The notes under the pieces are model-generated. The model searched no databases. It was given only the letters and a program-made list of their open reading frames with translations, and was not told the origin of the DNA. A DNA stretch of 64,000 bases, taken from NCBI RefSeq assembly GCF_009914755.1, contig NC_060947.1; one strand, given 5' to 3'. Position numbers and translations under genes: made by a program. Below are positions 1 to 13,708 of the stretch, piece by piece (within the stretch, counting starts at the first letter, position 1; every line of letters starts with the position of its first letter). Source of the stretch: the human T2T-CHM13v2.0 reference genome, Homo sapiens.

Positions 1-149
1 GTGATGGCATGTGCCTGTAGTACCAGCTACTTGAGAGGTTGAGGTGGGAGGATCACTTGAGCCCAGGAGCTCAGGGCTGCAGTGAGCTGTGATCATGCCA
101 CTGTACTCCAGCCTGGGTGACAGAGTGAGACTGGGGGAAAAAAAAAAAA
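1..149 (+). mobile_element. Alu right arm (AluJ-like), cut by window edge
   Basis: GGAGGATCACTTGAGCCCAGGAG...CTCCAGCCTGGGTGACAGAGTGAGAC followed by poly(A). Confidence 0.92.
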
Positions 150-305
150 GAGAGAGAGAGTTATGCAGAGACGTTCAAACTTGAGTTACAGGGGGAAAAA
201 TGATTCTTGGTAGCCACAAGGGCCTTCTCAGGACAGTAGGTCTCATTAAATCAGGGCTATTTTTTATTGTGATAGAATTCATATAAAAATTTTACCACTT
301 TAAAT

Positions 306-800
306 CAGGGCTTCTTACTCTTTTCTTATGCCGTCGACCCCATTGGCAATTTGGTAAAATCTGTGGACCCCCTTCTCAGAATCATGTTTTTAAATGCATA
401 AAATAAAATACATAGAATTTCAAAGGAAGCCAATTACTTTGAAACTTTGTTATCAAAGAATTTTAAGAATCAAATATGTGAAACTGATATATGTGCTTCT
501 TAATTAATCTATTAATAGCAAGATCTAGCAGGCAAGACTAATAACTAGCATAATTTTAAAGTGGTGATGAACAAAGAGAATATTTTGATTCAGCTGCAAC
601 AATTATGGGGTGAAAATATCTGTGTCTTCTCCTGGTGGCAAGGGTCTCAGGTACAGATAATACTGCTGTAGGTTGTTGATTAGATTATTAATAGAAGCAA
701 ACACTAAGTTTTAGTTAGAGGTTAGTGCAAATAAAGTAACATTTTTCTATCCAAGTTTATGAAACCCCTGAACTCTTGTCACCAGATTAGGAACCCCTGC
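306..800 (+). mobile_element. hAT-Charlie non-autonomous DNA transposon (Charlie4a-like)
   Basis: CAGGGCTTCTTA start and TAGGAACCCCTG end form degenerate TIRs; internally similar to the copy at ~49955-50468. Confidence 0.75.
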
Positions 801-1614
801 ATGAAATACAAGCTCCCCTGCCTCCGCCCAGTTTTTGGTTAAGTTTGGAAGCAAATAATAGAGGGAGGGTGAAGTAGTTGGAGCCAAGAGGGACTCAGCC
901 AGGAATCGACAAGGTGAGGCCAGTGCAACCATAGTGGCAAGGTAACCACAGGGCACTTTTAAGTCAGTGATGCCTACTCTAACTCAAAAAGTTGTTTTTT
1001 AATCACGTAGTGTCAGTCATTTCTATGTTTCCCTCTGAACGCTTCAGTAAAGTCAGGTATATTCCAGAATGTATTTTGGGAGTGGCCTTTCCATGGCCCT
1101 TGAGGAAGGGTCTGATTTACACACTTGAGAGGCAAAGGCCACTGATCACCCAGGCAGACGCAGGAATTCTCAGGGATCACCAAAGTTCTGGGGAGGGCTT
1201 TGAACTTCTGTTGCATACAGAGCTGGGGGCTTAGGTTGACCTAGACCCCCAAAAAACAGAGAGCCCAGATGATATCCAGTTGTACTTGGTTTATATGGAA
1301 TAAGTATTAATAGAACTACAGGAGGTGTGGGACAGATCCAGTGAGACGAACTGCCTTCCCTTCCTCTTCAGCTAATCTCTGCAGTCTGGAGTATCTATTT
1401 TCCAGTAGAGTCAAGGGCTGTAAACTAGGATTCTAGCTAAATGAAGAGCATCATTTTGCCTCCTCTGACCTTACACAGAAGTCGCTGCTTGCCTTTGCAT
1501 TTGGATTGCTCCAACTATCATTTGCTTACTGTTCCCAGTCATCTTATCTCGGATGTGAAAGATGGTGACACCACAAGCAGAGCTCTGTCATGGATTCCAG
1601 GGGCTGAGTAAGGT

Positions 1615-1852
1615 GGTGAGGTGTAGTGGTCTATACCTTGCACTTTGGATCTGATCCGAGTTTGAATCCTGGCTCTGCTACTTGCCTTGGGCAAGTTTCT
1701 TCACTTTTGCAAGCAACAATTCTCTCCTGTGTAAATTGAGGAAAACAATTACACTTGATTCATAAGGCTTTTGTGAGTATTAAACCCAATAATGTGTGTA
1801 GCACCTTTAGCGTGGTTTGTAGTGCATAGTAGGTGTTTAATAATATAGCTAT
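1615..1852 (+). mobile_element. MIR SINE
   Basis: GTTTGAATCCTGGCTCTGCTACTT...TTGGGCAAGTT core and GTGAGTATTAAA 3' part. Confidence 0.8.
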
Positions 1853-2153
1853 GGCTGGGCGCGGTGGCTCACACCTGTAATCCCAGCACTTTGGGAGGCC
1901 GAGGCGGGTGGATCACCTGACGTCTGGAGTTCAAGACCAGCCTGGCCAACATGGCAAAACCCCATCTCTCCTAAAAATACAAAAAAAATTAGCCAGGTAT
2001 GGTGGTGGGTGCCTATAATCCCAGCTACTTGGGAGGCTGAGGCAGGAGAATTACTTGAACCCAGGGGCGGAGGTTGCAGTTAGCCAAGATTGGGCCACTT
2101 CACTCCAGCCTGGGCAAAAAAGTGAAACTCCGTCTCAAAAAAAAAAAAAAAAA
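1853..2153 (+). mobile_element. Full-length AluS (AluSq-like)
   Basis: Both arms, poly(A) tail, flanking TAGCTAT direct repeat. Confidence 0.95.
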
Positions 2154-3519
2154 GTAGCTATGTTTGTTGCTATTAGTATTATCATTATATCACACCTCAC
2201 TATATAAGAGAGGTTAGCCCTATTTTTTCAAATGTTAGTAAAAAACACAGACAATTTTTCCATAAAAATTTTAAATGTTCACAATAATACCTTCTCTCTA
2301 CTCCAGTTCCTACCCATATACACCCCCACCATTTCACTTCCTCATCCCCTTTCTCCTCTTTGCCTTTCTTCACAATGACAAATGTTAACTTTTTTCAAAA
2401 GAAACAGGTTTTTTTGATAACCTATTCTCATCCTCTGCCTCCTTATTCGCTATTGTAAACAGATGCATGCATACACACACTCTCACACACACACGCACAC
2501 ATATTCCTCTCTCCCTGCAGCAAGAGAATCAAATCCAGGCCTCCTGCCTGGAACTGCAGAACATTACCATCAGGCTGGTCCATTAAATATCATTTGAAAG
2601 TCAATTTTATCCCGCAGTGGTAAGTAGTATGCGTGCTTCTGTCTTCATCTACCTTAATTAGGAAAAGCAATTTGCTGCACATTTCTTAAAAAAAAGAAAA
2701 AAAAAAGCTGATCAAATTTGAGCTCCTGATAGATTGAAACACAGTGTATGTTGTGGTGGTGATACAAAGATGTGAAACCACTTCCCACATCTAAATTATG
2801 GCTTGGTCTAAAAACAGTCTAGCCTTATGACTCTCGTGTTTTCTAAGTAACTTGTGCAATTGCCCATAATTATGGAAATAGGGGCCATCTCCTGAAAGCT
2901 AGCCCCTCCTCATTTTGTTTCCCAAACCGAGAATAGAAAACTCCATTTTGAGTCTATCATTGGAGATCTTTCCATTCCATCATATTTTCTGTGATTCGGT
3001 ACCATTAACAATCTCAAGACCATTTTTGCACATCTACTTATGCCAAAATGGTTAGAGCAGCTGAGAAGCTACAGCTCCGTTGAAGGCGGGTCTCTGCTTT
3101 GCTCATTTGTTTCTTTTAACTAGCCCAGGCTAATTATAACTCACATGGGTACCTCTGACTTGAGTTTTCCTGGTATATGAGGAGGGTGCCAGTGGCAACT
3201 TAGCTGGCACTCCAATGGCCTTGGAGTGTCTGGAGAGCTGCAGGGACAAGCCCATTGGAAGTCTTTGTGCTTGAGGAACTAAGGAGTATCCTAAGAGGGC
3301 ACAACCCCTCAGAGAAGGATGAACCAGGGATGAAGCAGCCAGGCCTAAGGAGCGTGGCCTGGTAAGAGAGCTTTGGACTTTAGAAGGGAGGTGTGATTAT
3401 GAGTACATGCCCTGTGGTCATTGGCATGCTAAACTGACCCCTGTGCAGCCTCTGAACCCCTGTTTGGGTCCTGGTGAGAGATGAACTGTCATTCTTGCAC
3501 CACTGTCTATATTCCATTT

Positions 3520-4580
3520 GCCAGGAAGCAGCCAGATAACTACTTCCAAATCATAAATCAGATCACTCCTCTGCTTAAAAACCTTCTATGGCTTTCCACT
3601 CCACTTAGCAGTAAATAAAACTCCCCTTCTAAGAGCCTACAGAAAACCGACCTAAGCAGATTCTGCTGGCTTCTCCCACCTCATTTTCACCCCTTTGCCC
3701 TGAGTTTTCAACCACAGAGTCTTCTTTGTCTTCCTTAGCCAGGCCCGTTCTCACTCTACTGCCTACATATTTGCTATTTCTTCTGTCCTGATTACTCTGC
3801 CCTGGGGGATCTCTCTGTATCCTCCAGATCTCAATTTAAATATTACCTCCTCAAAGAGTCATTTTTCTGAGCCCTCTGTCTAAAGTGGCTGCTGTCTCAC
3901 GCCCTCTCATGCACCAGTAACTCTCACGTATCATTCTCTTTTGTTTTACTCCTAGTCCTTATCACAGGCAAACATGATATTGCTTGCTTATTAATTTATT
4001 GTTTGTCTCTTACCTCTTGAGTATGGGGTCTGCCTTAGTTAGCTTCCATCTCAGAAGCAGAGCCTGAGACAAGGGTTTGGTGCAGGTTCTCTATCTGAGA
4101 AGATAGAGAGCCTTTAAGTATAATATTACAGAAATAAAGGGGTTTGGTGTAGGAATCAGAGCTTACACAAATATGGAAGGTTGCAGGGGAGTGAAGATCA
4201 AAGAGACTGAAGCTGGAAGGTCAGAGAAATGGCCCCCGATGACCTCAGCCTGCAGCAAAGCACTGAAATGGTTGGCTCTCAAAAGTTCTCTGGGAAATTA
4301 TGTCACATCTGTCTTCTATAACTTTCTGAAAATATTAGCCTCTTGGCCTCTCCTAACTTTTGCCTTTCCAATCTCACTTAGGTTCCTCTCATTGGCAAGA
4401 TGTCTTGAAGTGTGTCTGGAACTGTTCACTGTAGCCATGTTGGGATCAGAAATGAGTCTGAATGGATATGAGGTGCCTGATACAGAGATACTGCCTGTCT
4501 TTTCATTTCTCTGCCCCAGACCCTGAAATAGTGCCTGGTGCACCATAGATACTCAATAAGTGCTTGCTGAGTGGCTGATT
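3520..4580 (+). mobile_element. L2 3' region interrupted by a MaLR/ERVL LTR fragment (~4030-4470)
   Basis: AATCAGATCACTCCTCTGCTTAAAACCTTC; L2 tail AGTGCCTGGTGCAC...CTCAATAAGTGCTTGCTGAGTG; MLT1-like CAGAAGCAGAGCCTGAGACAAGG at ~4052. Confidence 0.7.
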
Positions 4581-5639
4581 CACAAAAGGTCTGTAAATAA
4601 AAACTCACAGAGTTGTGTCATTCAATTTGGGAACCCAGCAGCATCCAAGCCACCTTGCTATGGGACCCCTTTAATAGAGGGTACCTCAAAAATCTAAGAG
4701 GCATTCACTATCTATTGTTCCAGACAGTTGGGCTCTGCCAGTGCCTCAAGGTTCCAGGCTTTAATGACTGTGCTCAGTGGATAGTAATAGAACAAATACG
4801 GCTAACAGCAAGGGGTGGTGGATAGACATAGAGATATCTGAGCAAACTTGTTCATGAGCACGTGTGAAACAACCCTGGGACCTCCTAGAACTGCTATGGA
4901 TAGGGGGAGCGGTGACTAAAATGTCTGCTATTATTTGTAATATAAGTCCATCAGGACCATTGGCTTAGCCAGGAAAAACTCAAGTAATAACAATATCTGT
5001 AAGAAAATGTGTCATGAACATAGCACTCAAGGATGGGGCACATTGCTTAAAAGTTCAGAAACTCTTAGCATAGGAACTACCCATGAGATTCCATTAACCA
5101 GTACAAAATTGTACTGGCTAGGAAGAGGGAGGAGGCTGTGAGTTTAACAGTGTTGTTCCTGCATCTGTTGATAATGTGGCCATGGAAGACAGCATGAATC
5201 CAGAGGCCTAGGGCCTGAAAGAAATCAAGTGGTGGAAAGTTGCATTAGAATTTAAATCAAACAGGGAAACCAAAGCATGAGTCATGTACAGGGCAGAGCA
5301 TTAAAAGGCCCTGTACCTCTGTGTAGTAAGCATGAGCCTGCTGAGGTCTGGGGATTAGTTGATGAGATAGATGAGTGCTGTTCCATGAATTCCATAATGG
5401 AAATAGATGCTGTCCCAGAAGTTATTCAGATAAGATGTTTATAAACATCTATGTAGTGTACAGCTACTTTAATTCTCAGCTTTTACTTGAATCCTCCTGG
5501 GCATGAAGACAGCTCTTCATCATTTTGAATATGCTATTTCTATGTTCATTCATTCAACAAATATTCATTGAGACCCTACTATGTGCCAAGCAATTAGTTA
5601 AGCACTAAGGATGCACTGGTGAACAAAACAGAGCTTATA

Positions 5640-6168
5640 TTACATATTTATCCAAAAGAAATAAAAGCATACATTCATACAAAGACCTATAGACATATGA
5701 TCAAAGCAGCTTTATTTATAACAGACTAAAACAGCCCATCAACTGGAGAATGGATCAACTAGCTGTGGTACATCCATAAGACAGAATGACTCAGCAATAA
5801 AAGGAAACAAATTATCGGTAAATGCAATCACATGGATGAATCTTAAAAGGTATGCTAAGAAAGAAGCCAGGCACAAATGACTACACACTGCAATTTCATT
5901 GATATGACCCCATTCTGAAACAGGCAATATTATAGGAACAGAAAGTAGATCAGTGGTTGCCAGTGGCAATAGAGGATTGACTGCAAATGGGCAGAAAGTA
6001 ACTTTTGGGATGTTGGAAGTGTTTTATATCTTGATTGTGGTGGCAGTTTTATGACCGAATACACTTATCAAACTCATTGAACTTTACTCTTCAGTGTGGA
6101 CTGAATGCTCAAAAGGCTGCGTATTACTGTATGTAAATCGTACCTTAATAAACATAACTTAAAAAAAA
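5640..6168 (+). mobile_element. Old L1M 3' end (L1MC/ME-like)
   Basis: GCAGCTTTATTTATAA...CTGTGGTACATCCATA...TCAGTGGTTGCCAG...AATAAA plus A tail. Confidence 0.85.
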
Positions 6169-6239
6169 CCATGATAGTCTGTATTCTAGCAGGGTAACAG
6201 ACACTAATGACTCAATATATAAGATGCATCAGACCCACT

Positions 6240-6730
6240 TGTGCCCCACAACACTTCCTGTCAGCCCACCTCTTATTTCACCTGCTGCTCCAGGGGACAG
6301 TCCCCTGCAAACTTGTGCTTGTCTCACATTCACAGCATCTCTCCTCAAGCATGCACTCTATGCATTGTTACTTTCAGCTCTGGGGCTTCTCCAACACCTT
6401 GGGAATTTTTGGCCTGCAGGCAAATGCAGCCTGGATGTGGGGTACATTAATTACCAGGGGTAAGCTCAGCACTTCAGGCTGAAATTTCTAGGAGGCATTC
6501 TGTATACTTTTCAGGAGGTCTCAATGGAACTGAGCCCTCATGGCCCAAGTGGCAACATTATGAAAGTACCCTTGCATTGGCCATTGGCTTTTTCTCCTTC
6601 CCCGCCTCACTTTCCCCATTTCCTCACTCCTGCTTCATGGGATAACCTCCCCTAATAAACTATCTGCACTGGAGTCCTTCTCTGAGGCTCTGTTTATTTA
6701 TTTGTGATTTCAGGGACCGAAACTGAGACA
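6240..6730 (+). mobile_element. ERVL solo LTR (LTR16-like)
   Basis: TG start; CCTCCCCTAATAAACTATCTGCAC poly(A) signal region; ends AAACTGAGACA. Confidence 0.7.
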
Positions 6731-7711
6731 TATTGTAATCTCAGATGATAGAAAGAAAAAACAAATAGAGGAGATAGAGAGATAATAATGCTACAACAGA
6801 TAAGGTGAGGAAAGATAACTATGAAGTGAGGACTTCTGAGCAGAAACCTGAACTCAGCAAGGGAATGAGCAATGTGGCTTTTTCGGGGAAGAAAATTTGG
6901 GGCTGAGGAAGCAGTAAGCCTAAATATGGAACATTCTAGAAATGTCAAAGAGTTCGCTGTAGCTGGATCTCAATGAGCAAATGATTAGGGCCTAGAGGTA
7001 GTAGGGCAAGGTCATGTAGGATTTCATAGGCTACAGAGGGGATTCTGGACTTCATCCTGAATGATTTAGAAACCAGTGGAGGGTTTTGAGCAGAGGAATA
7101 AAATGATCTAAGTGTTCAAAAAGACAATTCTGACCGTTGTGTTATGATGAAATTGTAGGAGTTATTGGTGGAAGTAGGGAGAACAGCCAGAAGTCTGTTG
7201 CAATAGTGCTGATAAAAAATGATGGTAGATGAAACCTTGGTGGTCATGGTAGTTTCTGCTGAAAAGTGGTGATCCTGGATAACTTTGCAATTATAACTGA
7301 TAGAATTTGCTGATAGATTGAATGTAGAATATAAGAATAGGGAGAAGATTCAGGATCGATACCAAGATTTTTGTTTTGAGCTATCTAAAGAATGGTATCA
7401 TTTATTGCACTGGTTTGGGTAAGGGGAATAAAGATCCTCGTTCAAGCCATGTTAAGTTTGAGGAGTGTAATCTAAGTAGAGATTGTTGGGGAATCAATTG
7501 GACATACAAGCTAGCAGGTCAGGACAGTTGCCAAGGCTAAAGAAATAAATTTGGGAACTGTCAGCAAATGGCTAATATTTAAGGCCCTGAGATTCAGGAT
7601 GAGATCACCTAGGCAGCAAGAGTATACAGAGAAGAGAAGAGGTCCAAGGACTGAATGCTCCGTCATTTATTTTAGAGGTCAGGAAGATGAGGAGTAACCA
7701 GCAAAGGAGAC

Positions 7712-8080
7712 TGATATGGTTTGGCTCTGTGTCCCCACCCAAACTGCATCTCGAATTGTAATCTCCAGATGTTAAGTGAGAAACCTGGTGGGAGGTGATT
7801 GGATCATGGGGGTGGCTTCCCCCATGCTGTTCTTGTGATAGTGAGTGAGTTCTCATGAGATCTGATGGTATAAATGGTAGTTTTCCCTGCACTCTCACAC
7901 ACTCACACTCTCTCCCGCTGCCTTGTGAAGAAGGTGCCTGTGTCCCTTTCTGCCATGATTGTTAAGTTTCCTGAGGCCTCCCTAGCCATGTAGAGCTGTG
8001 AGTCAATTAAACTTCCTTTGTTTATAAATTACCCAATCTCGGGTGTTATCTTTATAGCAGTGTGAGAACGGACTAATACA
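7712..8080 (+). mobile_element. MaLR solo LTR (THE1D-like)
   Basis: TGATATGGTTTGGCTCTGTGTCCCC...GGACTAATACA with perfect 5-bp TSD GAGAC (7707-7711, 8081-8085). Confidence 0.93.
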
Positions 8081-10277
8081 GAGACTAAGAAGGGAAATCA
8101 ACAAAAATAGGAGGTGATCCAAGAAGGGATGGTGTCTGGAAGGCCAAGAGAAGAAAACATTTCCAGGAGGAGAAATGATGCTGATGGGTCAAGTTAGGGA
8201 GAAGCCTGAAAATTAGTCTTGGACTTAATTGTAGGGACCATTGGTGATACTAAAAGTGAAGTTTCAGTGGGACAGTGAGGATGAAAGCCTTGTTAGAGTG
8301 AACGCAAGAAAGAAAAAAGGAGGAAGTAGAGCAAGTAGAAATAACTTCTGAGTTTTGCTGTAGAGGGGAGCAGAGGAACAAGGCAGTAAGTGGAGGGAGA
8401 TATGGGGTCAAAGAATATTTTTATTTCTGTTTTTGTTGTGTTTTAGATTCATAATATAAGAGTGAGTTTGTGTGCTGGTGGGCGTGTTTTAGCAGGATGG
8501 GCTAACTTCATGGCGCAGCAGCAGGCAGGAGGGAAGTCTCAGTAGGCTGGGAGGGGACAGGATCTGATTAACATACAGATTGCTTTGGCTTTAGAAAGGA
8601 GCATGGATAGTTTATCTACTATGTCAGAAGAGAAGATGAAGTATATGATCACAGAGGCAGAGAGGCTGGGATATATGGTGGAGGATATGGAAGTTCTCTT
8701 CTGAATACTTTTGTTAGTGAAATAGGCAAGATCATCAGCTAAAAGTGAAAATGAGAAAGGGAGTATCGAAGATTGGAGGAGAGAAGAAAAAGGGTGATAG
8801 AGTTGTTTTAGAGACTGAAAGGATAGACTGACTAGGGAAGTGTAGTGGGACTCTAGGCGGCATTACAGACCTACTTCAAGTTTGTGGTCATGAATTTAAA
8901 GTGAGACCAGTCATCATGGAGCTGCCTCAACTCCTTGCTTGCCGGTGCCAAGGAAGTGGAAAGGTGGATTTAAACAGCATAGGGATGTGAAGGTAGGAGA
9001 AAGAGGTGAGGGAATTGAGGTGGTTGAAGTGGTAGGAAAGGGAGTGGGTGTTATGATGGGATCAAAGCCAGGTAAGAAGGGAAGCAAAGCTACCAAAGGG
9101 GTTAAGGGGAGTGAAAAGCTGGTAGGATCAGTGGATAAGAACTCCCAATGAGATTCAAGAATCGTTGGAGTTGAGAGACGACAGAGTAATATGGAAAGCT
9201 AGAAAGTGGTAATTGGAAAGTGGGAAACTTGAAACTGAGATATGTTGGGAATGCAGTCACTGGTAATGACAGGTCTAGAGTGTGACCTTGCTGAGTGGCT
9301 GAGGTAGGGCAGAGACACAATTGTTGGAGGAGAAAAGGTCAAAGATCTGAGAAGCTGGAGAGTTGAAAGGATCAACTCTGTTGGAGTTTTGGTCATGAAT
9401 TTGACCACTAGAATTATGATAGCGCCAGTGGTGGAGGAAGTCATGAACCAGGTGCTTAAATATTTAAGAAACGAGGAGAAAGGGGTGACTGGAAGATGTA
9501 TGACAGCAGCAAGGCATTTTGCGTACTCTACCTGTGATGTTCATTCTTTTGGTTTGTGGATTTTTTGTTCAACCCCTTCCCACCCTTTTCCCAACTAATT
9601 ATGCTGTGAGCTCATAGAAGGAAGGGACTATGTTGTTATCTTTTTTTGGCAGGTAAGCTAGTGCTTAGACCAGAGGTGTTGGTTACTTGATTGGCAGAGG
9701 GAGCAGGACCTTCTTTCCTCAGTCCTTTTTGTAGAATTTCTAAAATACCAGACATCTGTCCAGATGCATTTCAGCCCTTGTAGCAACTGCCCTTGTAGCA
9801 ACTACATTTCTAAAGATAGCACAGCCAAGTTAACTCCACATTACCAGTTATTTTTAGGGCACGGTCAGTGCCAAGTCTTGAAGTTGAGGAAATAATTTCT
9901 TCAAATCTACATAATTGTGGCCAAAGGTTAGGCCTTAGTAAAGCTGTGAAGCAGTCAATGTTGTTTCAAATGCTTTTTAATCTCACTGTATGCAAACTGT
10001 AGCACCCAGTTCCCCACTCCTTTATTTCCCCTAATCAGAGCTTTTCAAGAATGACCTGTTAATTCCTGGTCTTCGCCCTGACTAATTAAACCAGCATCAT
10101 TGGGACAAGGCCCAGGAATCGGCATATTCAATGCTTGTCAGGCATTTCAGTGGGCCATTTGAGAAGCCCTGAACTAAAATAGTGAGTGGTAAGATTGGAC
10201 CTCTCCCAAGTGTTTTCATATTTTAAAAGTGACCTCTTTAAGGGGACAACACTGTCAAGTCCAAAGGAGCCCATTTT

Positions 10278-10586
<309 letters not shown>

Positions 10587-10789
10587 ATCTCTAATGGAAC
10601 TTGGGGCGCCTGTCAGGATACTATTAAGCAGCAGAGGGCTGGTCTGCAGCTGTTAAATTTTATAAGTCAAGATTAAGGTAGAGAAAGAGATGCTACCAGG
10701 TGTACCATGCCTGGCCTTCATGAACTGTGATTATGATGCTCACTCAAGTTTGAGAACCACTGTTCTTCCAACTTGTGAGTCTGAGCAAT

Positions 10790-11260
10790 GGGGGTCCCCT
10801 TCCCATGCGACTGAGCTCAAGGTAGGTTGATCTCACTCACTCTGTGGATGTACAATGCTCCCTATGCATGGTAATCTGGGATGTGGAAGAGGTCCCTTGC
10901 TCTGATTACTGTGCCAGGCTGCGTGGCTGCAATGGTGTCTGTATCTTTTCTGACACCACTCTGATAGGTAGTTGGACAAAGACTGTTGCATAAACAATAG
11001 CTCTTCCTCTCACTCCAACATCCTAAAGTCTCCTCTATGAGTGGTCACCCCACGTTTACTCTCAAAGCAGGTCTAGGGTAACACACTCTGATGTGTCTAT
11101 ACAGCAAACCATTTGTTCTGACAAGGGAGGGTTGCCTCCTGATGAGCTTCGTTAACATTCACCTGTTGGTTTGGATTTCAATGCTAAAAGCTATAGGCTA
11201 ACACCTCCCAGGTATTGCCAGGGCTATCCCACTATAGCATTAAAGAATGTCACTAATTTA
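10790..11260 (-). mobile_element. Putative ancient Gypsy-type integrase fossil
   Basis: Degenerate, frameshifted minus-strand motifs in integrase order: TVFV-N-YLSEW, PGTVI/SEQGTSSTSQIT, HPQS. Confidence 0.45.
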
Positions 11261-12136
11261 AACAGACACTTAAGTAACATCAAAGTAGCAGTGTCCATCT
11301 TATGCAAAGTCACATACAAATGATTTGGAATTACTTCCCTCCCTGCCTCTTTCATTAGTCCAGAAAATAGGGGTTTGATTGAATTACACAGGAGTCTTAC
11401 ATTGGCTGTTGATTATTTTTCAACTTGTTCTATTATTTAAAAGTAATAGAGATTGCACAGTTTTATATGATCTGATTTTTATTCAGATTTGTAAGTCATT
11501 CACATCAAATTAAAATTCCTATGGGCCCTTTAAAATACCTTGAATTAAAGTTTATTATTTAATAACTAAAGGGTACAGAGGGAATGTGAACTGACTTACT
11601 GAATCTTCAGTGATATGGAAATTTCCAGAAGATTCACAGCTTCTCCAAATTAACATTTCCTCTATTTAGCAGACAGCGTGATGATGGGGGGAGGATCCAG
11701 GTCTGTAAACCACAATACCTGCATTTCAGTAGGCTTTGCTGAAAGTGAGTTAGTACAAAGAAAAGAACTAGAATACTTGGTCACTGTCCTTAAAGGACTT
11801 AGAAAACCAGAGGACAGAGAGAAGGGAAAAGGAGGAAAAAATTAAATGTGTAAAAGGCTGGTAGTTTTAAGAAAGTCACAGTGAATACAAACTCCTGTAC
11901 CAGCACAATGTCCAGTTCTAGGGAAAAGATCTTCCTCTGTCCTTTCCCTCCTCCTTGTTTACTTCCTTCCCTCCCCCTCCTTTCTCTTTTTATTCTTCCC
12001 CCACCATCCCTTTATCAATGAATCTATATAACTGAGCAGGCATTCATTAAACTTCTCTTGGTCCCGGATGTGTGGGAAGTGCCATCTATCCTTAGACCAG
12101 AGCTAGAGGGACCTCTGCCTGGGGCCTGGGGGTTTC

Positions 12137-12302
12137 AGACCCTTGCTACTGAAAGTGTGGTCCATGGACCAGCAGCATCAGCATCACCTGGTAGCTTTAT
12201 AAAATGCAGACCTTGAGCACCACCCCAGATTTAAGGCATCAGAATCTTCATTTTAACAAGATCCCCGGGTGATTCTTGTGCACATTAAAGTTTGAAAAGC
12301 GC
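12137..12302. mobile_element. MER5A-like hAT MITE
   Basis: GTGTGGTCCATGGACCAGCAGCATCAGCATCACCTGG...ACATTAAAGTTTGA. Confidence 0.85.
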
Positions 12303-12305
12303 AGT

Positions 12306-13384
<1,079 letters not shown>

Positions 13385-13399
13385 TGAAAAGTCAAGGGA

Positions 13400-13677
13400 T
13401 GTGCCCACCTTTGATAATACCCTCTGGATTCCTGGACCCCTAAATTTCTTGCCTACAAGCCCTGAGCCTGCTTGTGGGGCCTACAATGAACTGACTGTAC
13501 AGCCAGTTCCCCTCAGTCTGCAGGGTGGGTGTGTCTGTTTAGAGGGCAGAACATGGAGGTCTGTGGAAGGAACTTGGTGAGGCAGCTGAGATAGCCACAT
13601 ACATGGGCCGCCAGGCTCACTCAGTGCGGGATGGACCTGCAGGGGGTGAAGGGTGAAAGGGGATGGCTGAATGTCAG

Positions 13678-13708
<31 letters not shown>

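Larger units (their letters stand above)
5545..9510 (-). mobile_element. Long fragmented L2 LINE running from its 3' tail to the APE endonuclease region, hosting nested L1M, LTR16 and THE1 insertions
   Basis: TTCATTCATTCAACAAATATT tail at 5545; purine-rich L2 antisense body 6730-9510; minus-strand peptide PTSATQQGHTLDL (ORF 9102-9320) matches the APE motif T-x-x-x-G-H-T-L-D-L. Confidence 0.8.

Noticed and set aside
4620-5400. Possible CR1/L3 endonuclease fossil (YK...GGAGGAGGCTGTG region near 5100-5150)
   Set aside because: Only one weak motif is visible, which is not enough without a profile search
9774-9803. 15-bp perfect tandem duplication GCCCTTGTAGCAACT (similar 14-bp case at 33349-33376)
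   Set aside because: Ordinary slippage-type microduplications with no sign of function
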